A stretch of 64,000 nucleotides of DNA from Azolla caroliniana (taxonomy: Eukaryota; Plantae; Polypodiophyta): positions 5,456,001 to 5,520,000 of the forward strand of contig JBHGNT010000016.1 of assembly GCA_043228905.1 (NCBI GenBank), in the 5' to 3' direction. The notes beneath the pieces were generated by a model. The model searched no databases. It had not been told where the DNA came from and was given only the letters and a program-made list of their open reading frames with translations. Each line of letters opens with the position of its first letter. The stretch's first letter is position 1. This document shows positions 12,721-22,243 of this stretch, piece after piece. Made by a program: the position numbers and the translations under genes.

Positions 12721-14069
12721 AGACGGGCCGGTTTTCTCCGTCCCAACTTTCTTGGCGCATACCGGAGGATGCGCGGTTAGGTGGGGGCGGATGTCGTGAA
12801 GAAAACCGTCCATAGGCGGAATCGGCGCACCAAGGCGTGGGAACCGGTTCTTCACGCGCGCACGCTCCATGTTGTACATAGAAGCGAATTAGGGGAAATC
12901 GGCAGGAACGGGCCCTAACTCAAGTGGAGACAAAGACCGCGCGAACAGTCTTTTCGGTCGCGCGCGCGAACTGTACGAGTCGGCGGCGTAACTACGCGGA
13001 TGCGTGAAGAACGGAGCGGATCCCTGTCCAAAGGGACAGGGAATAAAGCTGACATGACGGCCTGCTCGTCGGCATATATAAGGAGCAGGAAAGAGCTGTT
13101 GCAAATATCTCGCGCAGAGAGGACGAAGTGCTGTCGGACCGTTTCTGGACGCTTCTCTCTCTGTTTCCTTCCTTCTTGAGCTCCATAGCTTCTGTGCAGG
13201 GTTCCGAGGAGGCTCGCGCTGTTTCGAGGAACGCCCGAGTGCTTCCGGCAGCACCTCCGAGCTGCTACCCCGTTTGTGCGTCGAAGCGAACAGGCATCGG
13301 CATCTGTTCGCCGGCCTGTTCGGTTGTAACCAACCTGTGCCCCATCGAGGGTTGTAGTCGTGTTAGCCATTTTTGTTAATATACATATTTAGTCGTTCGT
13401 GTCTGTCTGTGTCGGTGTCTGTTCGCGTTCTCCGTGCTGAAGGGCCGTGTCCCTGTGTATCCCCGGTCCTGCGTAGCCGGTTCTCCCTCTTTCTCCTCCC
13501 TCGCTTGCTCTTTGGTTCGAGACCCCCGCGGTCCCGCCTCATCTCCACACGCACTTGCAAAATATCTCGACAACGTTTCAATAGAACTCCTCTTTGAGAT
13601 CAAGCCTCAACTATATCTCCTACCTCTTTGACCCTCAAAGGAAACAAGCGATTAAACTAAGAGCACAATCTCCACTTTCCTTGATAACATAATAATCAAG
13701 GAGAAACAAGTAACTTTTTTTTTCAAAGACTTAGAACTCTCTACTAGATTATCGTTTCCACACAAATAAGTAGAGTGCTTCATGCGATGAGACAAGCAAG
13801 TGTTGGACACGTGAAGAACGAGGAATCTTAAGTGAGAAGACTTCCATTTAATAATCACTACCATGATGCCTTGATTGTTTTCCTCACCGGCTCTGAATCG
13901 GTCTGGATCCGGATCGGTGCAACCATTCCGGATCCATCTGTTCCTATAGTATTTCTAACTAATTATTAATCTAATAATAATATTCGCTCACGACTCGTCC
14001 CTTCCCCGACTTATCATCCGGACCATACTCTAGCCAACACATGGCACGCCCGTGGGACAGTGCATTGCA

Positions 14070-14786
14070 TGTCGCGTTTTTCCGCGTGTGCATGTAGAAT
14101 AAGGCGGGACCACGGGGGCCTCAGACTAGGGAGTAGATGGGAAGACGGGTATGAGCAAAGTGGAAGAGATTAACACGGTAGAGAAAGTAGAAAGAGACAA
14201 GATTTATGAAGTTATGTATATTATGGGCATGAACGCCGCAATGCGATTACAACCACGGTCGCGTGGGCCAGACTCAAAACATAAGTAGAATGTAAACCCT
14301 AATCGGATAAGTAAAGAAAGAGATGAAGAAACCCTAGAAGAAACTCTAAACCGAATAGAAACCCTCGACCTAAGTGGTATACCTCTTCTCACTCAAAATA
14401 GGCAACCCCTTCAATGGTGCCCCTTCCTCTCCTTTTATAGCATAAGGAGAGAAAGTTGTTACAAAAAGGAGAGACTAAATATCCCCTTTATTCAATGGGG
14501 ATCTTTGCTTAGATTCTAGGAGGAGGGATTGATGGGGCCTTAGCTCCCACTCCTCACACATACTACTATGCCCATTACTCACCTTGTACTCTACAAAGTG
14601 CACGTCACATTTATGCCTCTACGAACTTCGTGGTGCACCTTTAGCACCTTAGATTATTACCCTTCCCATTACATTTTGTTTACTTATTCTTATTACACAA
14701 ATTTACAAGTGCATGTGCAACGTTGCACATCCCCATTTTATTTGTCCCTCCCGGTTTTCTCACCATAGCCGGAAATCTTCACGACA
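14070..14786 (-). mobile_element. Solo-like LTR of the tRNA-Trp group, diverged
   Basis: TGTCGCG...TCACGACA termini and blocks shared with 2290-3009 (GGTATACCT..CACTCAAAATAGGCAACCCC, TGTGCAACGTTGCACA). Flanks TGCA and ACGT do not match. Confidence 0.85.
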
Positions 14787-15020
14787 ACGTTGTCGCGTTG
14801 TTACGCGCGTGCGTGCAGAAAGAGGTGGGACCACGGGGGCCTTGAACCGAGGAGCGAGCTCGCTTCATTTCCCAGCCGTTGACGCCGGCCATAGTACAAC
14901 CTTCGTTGTCGGAGAACCAAAATTTCCTACCTATGGTACAATTCTTCTTCCGTACTGTACATTTGTGGGGTTTTTCCCGGGTGTCCGGACTATCGCGGCC
15001 CCACGCCTTGATAGCCCTCT

Positions 15021-17118
15021 CTAAAAATCCCCTCGGGTTTCGCCGCCGAGGGCCTCATGGTTCGGTCGCACCGTCAGGAACTGGACCAAGTGACGCCCAT
15101 CCTAGCTCTTGACTCTTGCATAGGCCGAACCGTTGTCCAGCACCTTGGTCTCCATCCTTGCCGCCGTGATGTATGGCTCTCCTAGTATAACCGGATGTGA
15201 GGACGTCTCCTGCACGAAGAAGTGTTGGTCGATCTCGACATCGCCGATTTTCACCCGTACGTTCGGACAGGCTCCATGTAGTTCTTCCGTGGCGCGCGTC
15301 GCTACCCGTATTTTCCAGCCATGCTTGGTGTTGATCGGCCATTTACCCCTCCTGTAGAAATACATGGACATCAAGTTGATTTCGGATCCATGGTCTACCA
15401 AGGCCACCACCGGTTCCGGAACGTTGCCGATCCGTACAGGGGTTTTCGTAGTTGCCTTGGCCCAATGCGGCTTCGTGTAGTGGCTTTCCGCCAACTCGTC
15501 TTCTAGGGCCGTGTCTTCCAAGTGCGTGGTCCACATTTCCATCGGCTTCTCCGGTTCCGGCTCCGTCGACATCCTTTTCCTCTTCACCAAGTCTACGATG
15601 GAGTCATGGAACTCCTTCTTGGCGATCCCAAGCACTTCCCTCAGCGACAACTCAACTTTGCTGTCGAGGATACGTTCCTCCAGGACCTTTCGCAGGTTTG
15701 TGGTCCTTTCGATTTCGGTGCTCAACCGAAACCCTGCCTGCTTCTTTCCGTCCGGCGCGCCTAGGTTGCCGGCACCGGTCGGTTTCGGTCCGAACCGGGT
15801 CTCATACCTCTGCGGGGGACCGACCCCTCCGGCCTTTCCAGCCCATTTGTCTTCCACCAGAACCTCGTAGTTCTGGCAAGCGGCTTCTACGAAGCCCGTT
15901 TTCTCTTCGACCGGATCGTCCCAACCGGTGACCTCCTGGACCCGTTGTTCCGCGTGGTCCGCCTCTTCCTTCTTCAGCCGAACTCCGGAGAGGCCTTCTA
16001 GCACTAGCGGCTAGAATCTGGAGTCCTTCACCTTCCGGGTCTCATCACCCCCGACCCGAATTCCCGCCGTCACTGAGTAGTTAACAGCTTCAACGTGTCG
16101 TGCCGCGGCCTCTTCCATCAACCTCTTCATTCCGTCGCGCCCCATATTCAATTCTAGGTCTCGCTCGCATGCACCCGCTCGTTCCAAAGGTACACCACGT
16201 TGGCCTTGAGCGCGTCGGCGAAATCCGCGCAATCCCTCCGAATGTGACTGATCGTGTCACACCACATGCACCGCTGCCCAGCCAGTGGCCTTCAGTCGCG
16301 AGGTTGTTCGACGCTGTCTCTCCGGGCCTATGAGCTCTACAGGTCGCGCACCATCTGTGTCAGCTCCTCCAGAGCCGCTCCTCCGGATGGGCCTCTGACC
16401 ACGTCATTCGATGCCGACCCCGACTCTGGCCAGATTCGGGTCTCTTCCTTCCTACCGGCCGACACCGATATCGGCTCCTCATGCCTCCTCCCCGGGACCG
16501 GCCCTGACCCCGACGAGCTTTCGTCGCTCCAATCGCGCTGTTTGTCGAAACGGCTGCAGACCCGTTTTACCACGACCTAGTCTGCCGTGAGCCCTTCGTC
16601 CGTTTCCAATAGGGGACCCACCTTTTCCCTGTCTTGACAAACAGTAGTACCCGACTTGTTTCGAGCAATGTCCGGTCCAGCGTCGACAGCCGCGCGAACC
16701 ATTTTTCGAACTCCTGGAGGAGCACCGACGTGTTCCTCCCCTTTCCGGGGCTTTCCACCCACGCCATGAAGTCCCACCTCGACATCCGAAACGAGTCGTC
16801 AAACCCGTACTTCTCGAGGAGCCGCAACTTGAACTCCTCCCAAGTCTGGCATCCGACCAACACCTCGAGCACCTCCGCGTGGATGCTCGGCGTCACCACC
16901 CGAGGGAATCCGGACAGCCGCCTGTCCACCAGGATATCCCTCATGATCATTTCGGCCAGGTAAGCCTCCAAATAACTTGTGGCGTCTTTCCCTCCGAACC
17001 GGCCTATAGTGCTGACGATCGATTCAACGGCTCTGTCTAGGGTACCTATCCCCTCACGAGCGCTTACCAACCGGTCGACGGCTACTGCCATTGCCTCTGC
17101 TATCTCCGATCCCCTCAT
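15021..17118 (-). pseudogene. gag: gag-protease pseudogene
   Basis: ORF fragments 16567-17145, 16337-16573, 16011-16232 and 15102-16004 are colinear with the gag at 7124-9250 (GRFGGKDAT, ALVDHGSEINLM), with several frameshifts and stops. Confidence 0.92.
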
Positions 17119-17182
17119 CTTTCGACTCCTTTGCCACCTTTTCACGTCGGGTTCACCAATTATGTCGCGTTGTTACGCGCGT

Positions 17183-20100
17183 TGTCGTGAAGATTTTCGT
17201 CCATAGGCGGAAAACCGAGCGAAGTAAGCAAACCCGCGATGTGCAACGTTGCACATCAAGATGTTGTATTTCTATTTGTCGATAGTGATAAGTGTGGTGC
17301 TAGAAATGCACCTTAGGATTTGTAAAGTGTAAAGGTGATGTGCTTTTTCGCGCACATCCACGTGAGAGAGAGAGATAGGTACATAGTAGTTCGTGTAGAG
17401 GTGGGAGTTAAGACCCATCCTTCCCACCTCCCCTAAAATCAAGGGAAATATCCCCATTGATTGAAAGGGGATATTTTGTAGCACCTTTATGTAACGGTCT
17501 TCCCTCCTTGTGCTATAAAGGGAGAGGAAGAGCACCATTGTGGGGGTTGCCTATTTTGAGTGCGGAAGGTATACCACATAGGACGAGCGTTAGGTTTAGG
17601 GTTTCTTTTCTTCTTCGTCGGATTAGGGTTTCGGGTTTATCATAGTCGTTTGGTGCGGCCTACGCGGCCGCCATTTTGTAATCGGTTTTCGGTTCTAATA
17701 TATCTTGTTGAGCATTTGGCCTCCATCTTCCTCTTGTTCATTCTTCCTCTTCTTGTGCTAAGCTCCATTCCGAAGTCCTATTCCTTCTCCCCCTTCTCCT
17801 TAGTCCAAGACCCCCGTGGTTCCGCCCTTCTCCACGCACGCGCGTAACAACGCGACATCTTTGGTGAACCCGGCGTGAAGGGCGGCAAGGGAGAAAGAGA
17901 TGGAAGAAGGCTTCGACTTCGAGGAAATGATGACAAAGATCTTGATGGACGCCGGACGGAAGAGGGCGAGGCGAGAGGCGGCTCAACAAGCGGTCGAAAG
18001 GGTGGTCCGTCTAGTCGGCCGGTTCGATGGGAAGGAGGTCCCAAAATTTTTGAGAGCCTACTATGCGGAAATGACGGGGATGGGCGTGGACGAAGCGACG
18101 AGGCTAGAGTTCTTTCGTCGAGCGGCGGCCGCATCAAAGTACGAGGAGGTCAAGGAGCTCCAAGAAGCTCACGAATCGTGGGAGTCCTTTGAAGGGGCTC
18201 TAATGGAGGCATACGGGTGCGCGGAATCGGAGGTAAGAGGTCGGCGAGAGTTCGATCGGTGGATGGCGTCGGCGAGGCGCCATCGGAGCGCAATAGAGGC
18301 ATTCCGAGAGTTCGAGCGTCGTTTCTCTCAACTCTCGGAGTGGGAACGAAAATCGGTGGGGGCGGACAAAGTCCTCCTATTTTTGAAGACGGTCCATCAT
18401 GAGGAGAGGATGGACATCATGTTCGAGCTTCAAGACGATTATGGGGCGCATGGTCTCACCGAGCAGTGGCCTGAAGTAGAACGGGTGTGCCGACAACATG
18501 ATAAGAGGTGGTCGGCCACAACACGACCCGCGAGCGGCGGAGAAGAGAGGGCGGTGGGCGGCTACACACCACCGCCGGAAGAGAGCTCGATGCACGACCA
18601 ACCGGAGGAGTACGACTTCGAGGCGTTGGTATGGGAGGCGTGCGAGATCGTGACGGCGAAAATCGAGGCCGGAAGGGCGTACGACGGTGACATGGGAGAG
18701 GGTGCGGAGCAAGCGACCCTCTTGCCTTGCGGTGAAGCGACGGCCATGGAGGCCGGTAACTACGGTTTCGGGACACGGTGGCCCGAAACATCGAGTCGGG
18801 AGGAGACGAGCGTCGGTGTCGCGACCTTCCACACACCGGCCCTAGAGGCTTCGGCGGTCGGCCCGAGTGCCGGCACGAGACCTAGAGCTACGGACGGTGG
18901 CGGCGGCAAGGCGGACAACCGGGATGAGGACGAGACCGGCGAAGAAGAGGCGGCGGCAAGCATACTCGATGCTTGCGAAACCGAAGACGGGGTAGCCACG
19001 GACAACGATGTCCGAATGGAGGTGGCTACGGACGAGAGGAGTGGTGGTGTCGCGACCTTCCACACACCGGTCCTAGAGACTCCGGCACCCGGCCCGAGAG
19101 CCGGCGAGAGGCCTAGAGTGACGGACGGTGGCGGCGGCAAGGCGGGCAACCGAAACGACGACGACATGGGAGAGGGTGCGGAGCGAGCAACCCTCTCGTC
19201 TTGCGGCGAATGGACGGCCAAGGATGAGGCCGGTGCGGAGAGCGCCACTTCGAAAGTGGGCGGAAGATTCGGGGCACGGCGGCCCAAAACATCGAGCGGA
19301 GAGGAGGCGAGCGGTGGTGCCGCGACCTTCCACACACCGGCCCTAGAGGCTTCGGCGGTCGGCCCGAGTGCCGGCACGAGACCTAGAACGACGGGCGGTG
19401 GCGGCGGCAAGGCGGGCAAACAAAATGATGCGGACAACGGCGAAGAAGAGGTGGTGGCAAGCATACTAGAGGCTTACGGAATCGGAGATGGGGGAGCCGC
19501 GGACAACGACGTCCGAACGAAAGCGGCTATGGAGACAACAAGTGGCGGTGCCGGGTCCTTACCCACACCAATCCTAGAGGCTCCAATGGCCGGCCCGAGT
19601 GCCGGCATGAGGCTTAGTGCGACGGGAGGTGACGGCGGCAAGGCGGGCAACAGAAACGAGAAGGAAGATTGGAGCGGACGGAGGCAAGACCCCTTGACAC
19701 CGGGGCCGGAGACTTCGGCGGTTGTGCTCGAATGCCAACGTGAGACCGGAGAGATAGGCGGTGACCGTGAGGAGGTGAGGCCCGGAGAGAGCGCATACGA
19801 AGACGAGTATGCGGGGCCCGGAATGGGCGTATACGGTGGGTCTGACGGAGAGGACCGGAGCGGAAACGAGGAGAGAGTCGGGAACCGACCCGACCGGAAT
19901 ACGGCACGGAAGAAGAAGAGAGTAAGGGCCGGCGAACCGGGCCCAAACCGAAGGAAGCCGGCGAGACCGATTGGCCGGTTACGGTTACGGTTACGGTTAC
20001 GATGGGAGCCGGTAAGCGCGAGATGGAGGCTAACCGGGCACGACGACCATGGTTCGGGGGAAAAACGGAAACAAACGAGACCCTCCATACCCACTCTAGA

Positions 20101-22145
20101 GACTACGACGGTTGCGGATCAACATAAGACCGGAGAAACGGCGGGTGGCGGCGAGGAGTCGGAGGCCGGAGCGTACGAGGTTACTGGAACGGATATCCGG
20201 TACGAGATGGTGGACGGGTGGGTCCAAGACGGCGAGCCCGTGTCGGAACGGGCTACGGCGACAAAGGAGGAGAAGACCGACACGGAGGTCGGGTCTACGG
20301 CGGAAGAGCGAGACGAGATGCATGCAATACGGCCGATGGAGGGCCAAGACACAAGCATGCCTACGAAGGAGCCACATCGAGCGACCGAAGATGACGGTCG
20401 GATCACGCCTTCGAGAGGCGAATACAAGGAGGAAGGCGGCGACGACAAGACCTGGCACGATGCTAGGGAAGATTGGTGGGAAGAGGTGGCCTACGGAGAG
20501 GCTAAGACCGGCGGCCACGAAGATAAGGCCCGAGAGGGATCCTCCACACCGGCTATAGAGACTCCGGCGGTCGGCGCGAGTGCCGACGTGAGACCAAGAG
20601 TGGCGGACGGTGGCGGCGAGGGGACGAAGGCCACAACGGATGAAGGCACCGAGAGAGGCATACGGGAGGTCGCGGAGAACGAAGATGTATGCGCCCAAAA
20701 GAACGAACACGACATCACGAAGGATGTGTGCGGTCGAGCGGGCCAAGAGGGCCAAGAGGGTGTTCCTCCGAGCGAAACGGAGGTCGGGGAAGAAAGGTAC
20801 CTTTCCGAAAGGGTACGCGAAGAGGAGCGGAATGCGAAACGTGCAATGCGGCCGCATGAGGGCCAAGCAACGAGCACGGGAACGATGGTATGCTCTACGG
20901 CGAGAGAGCACGACAAGCAAAGGGAAGGCGAAAAATGCGTGATGGGGTCATCGAAGGACCGAAGCACGAGCACGCATTCGGAGGACGACACCGACGTACG
21001 GGGAAAGCCTACGGAAGGCAAGCGCGGAGCGAGAAGAGTCGGCACGACGAGGTGCGCGGCACGAAAAAGGCGGATCCGGAGGATATGCGAGGCAGACAAA
21101 GGGTCGGCAACGGCGTTCGGGAGGACCGATCGGGGAAGAAAGCGCGGGCATCGGAAACGGCGGTCCGGATGTAGACGGTGGTTCGAGGAAACACGGTGGA
21201 CGTGGCGGATCGGGTGGAGGCAACGACTCGGCGAACGTCGTCAAGTGTGGCGGATCGGACGGAGCCGACGGTTCGAGACCATTCGGCGGAGATGGTGGGC
21301 CGGAAGGCGACGGTGGTTCGTGTGGACGGGGTGGACTTGCTCGAAGTGGAAGACAAAGCCGGGCAAGCCCACGAGGTTGTCAAGGGCTCGGTTAGCCGCC
21401 TTGGCCGAAAATCTCGCGTTTTGTTCCCCTTTTGGCACATACCGGTGGATGTGCGGTTAGGTGGGGGCGGATGTCGTGAAGATTTTCGTCCATAGGCGGA
21501 AAACCGAGCGAAGTAAGCAAACCCGCGATGTGCAACGTTGCACATCAAGATGTTGTATTTCTATTTGTCGATAGTGATAAGTGTGGTGCTAGAAATGCAC
21601 CTTAGGATTTGTAAAGTGTAAAGGTGATGTGCTTTTTCGCGCACATCCACGTGAGAGAGAGAGATAGGTACATAGTAGTTCGTGTAGAGGTGGGAGTTAA
21701 GACCCATCCTTCCCACCTCCCCTAAAATCAAGGGAAATATCCCCATTGATTGAAAGGGGATATTTTGTAGCACCTTTATGTAACGGTCTTCCCTCCTTGT
21801 GCTATAAAGGGAGAGGAAGAGCACCATTGTGGGGGTTGCCTATTTTGAGTGCGGAAGGTATACCACATAGGACGAGCGTTAGGTTTAGGGTTTCTTTTCT
21901 TCTTCGTCGGATTAGGGTTTCGGGTTTATCATAGTCGTTTGGTGCGGCCTACGCGGCCGCCATTTTGTAATCGGTTTTCGGTTCTAATATATCTTGTTGA
22001 GCATTTGGCCTCCATCTTCCTCTTGTTCATTCTTCCTCTTCTTGTGCTAAGCTCCATTCCGAAGTCCTATTCCTTCTCCCCTTCTCCTTAGTCCAAGACC
22101 CCCGTGGTTCCGCCCTTCTCCACGCACGCGCGTAACAACGCGACA
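17183..22145 (+). mobile_element. Non-autonomous (pol-less) LTR element of the tRNA-Trp group
   Basis: LTRs 17183-17857 (675 bp) and 21472-22145 (674 bp; one 1-bp indel seen). Trp PBS; same PPT as the autonomous element; TSD GCGT/ACGT. A single ORF fills the interior. Confidence 0.95.
17900..21460 (+). CDS. 1186-aa Gag-derived protein: capsid-like N-terminus, acidic repeat region, Arg/Trp-rich tail
   Basis: First ~210 aa align by eye to the Gag N-terminus at 7124 (VGRFDGKEVPKFLRAYYAEM vs IGRFDGKDATKYLASYGAEM; KVLLFLKTV vs RVLLFVKSV; GLTEQW vs GLTTDW). The ORF starts right after the PBS and ends at the PPT. Confidence 0.8.
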   Translation: MEEGFDFEEMMTKILMDAGRKRARREAAQQAVERVVRLVGRFDGKEVPKFLRAYYAEMTGMGVDEATRLEFFRRAAAASKYEEVKELQEAHESWESFEGALMEAYGCAESEVRGRREFDRWMASARRHRSAIEAFREFERRFSQLSEWERKSVGADKVLLFLKTVHHEERMDIMFELQDDYGAHGLTEQWPEVERVCRQHDKRWSATTRPASGGEERAVGGYTPPPEESSMHDQPEEYDFEALVWEACEIVTAKIEAGRAYDGDMGEGAEQATLLPCGEATAMEAGNYGFGTRWPETSSREETSVGVATFHTPALEASAVGPSAGTRPRATDGGGGKADNRDEDETGEEEAAASILDACETEDGVATDNDVRMEVATDERSGGVATFHTPVLETPAPGPRAGERPRVTDGGGGKAGNRNDDDMGEGAERATLSSCGEWTAKDEAGAESATSKVGGRFGARRPKTSSGEEASGGAATFHTPALEASAVGPSAGTRPRTTGGGGGKAGKQNDADNGEEEVVASILEAYGIGDGGAADNDVRTKAAMETTSGGAGSLPTPILEAPMAGPSAGMRLSATGGDGGKAGNRNEKEDWSGRRQDPLTPGPETSAVVLECQRETGEIGGDREEVRPGESAYEDEYAGPGMGVYGGSDGEDRSGNEERVGNRPDRNTARKKKRVRAGEPGPNRRKPARPIGRLRLRLRLRWEPVSARWRLTGHDDHGSGEKRKQTRPSIPTLETTTVADQHKTGETAGGGEESEAGAYEVTGTDIRYEMVDGWVQDGEPVSERATATKEEKTDTEVGSTAEERDEMHAIRPMEGQDTSMPTKEPHRATEDDGRITPSRGEYKEEGGDDKTWHDAREDWWEEVAYGEAKTGGHEDKAREGSSTPAIETPAVGASADVRPRVADGGGEGTKATTDEGTERGIREVAENEDVCAQKNEHDITKDVCGRAGQEGQEGVPPSETEVGEERYLSERVREEERNAKRAMRPHEGQATSTGTMVCSTAREHDKQREGEKCVMGSSKDRSTSTHSEDDTDVRGKPTEGKRGARRVGTTRCAARKRRIRRICEADKGSATAFGRTDRGRKRGHRKRRSGCRRWFEETRWTWRIGWRQRLGERRQVWRIGRSRRFETIRRRWWAGRRRWFVWTGWTCSKWKTKPGKPTRLSRARLAALAENLAFCSPFGTYRWMCG

Positions 22146-22191
22146 ACGTGCATGCAGAAAGAGGCGGGACCACGGGGGCCTTGAACCGAGG

Positions 22192-22194
<3 letters not shown>

Positions 22195-22239
<45 letters not shown>
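22195..22239. repeat. (GA)n microsatellite in LTR
   Basis: About 22 GA units. Confidence 0.95.

Positions 22240-22243
<4 letters not shown>

Larger units (their letters stand above)
6299..13572 (+). mobile_element. Full-length, apparently intact non-chromoviral Ty3/gypsy element (tRNA-Trp primed)
   Basis: 781-bp LTRs at 6299-7079 and 12792-13572 (TGTCG...CGACA; one substitution noticed). TSD ACGT at 6295-6298 and 13573-13576. PBS 7084-7101; PPT AGGTGGGGGCGGA just before 12792. Uninterrupted gag-PR and pol ORFs. Confidence 0.97.

Noticed and set aside
6201-21548. Many overlapping alternative-frame and antisense ORFs (100-270 aa) in the GC-rich elements and their LTRs
   Set aside because: They are expected shadows of GC-rich, T-poor coding DNA, show no recognisable domains, and are duplicated simply because the LTRs are.
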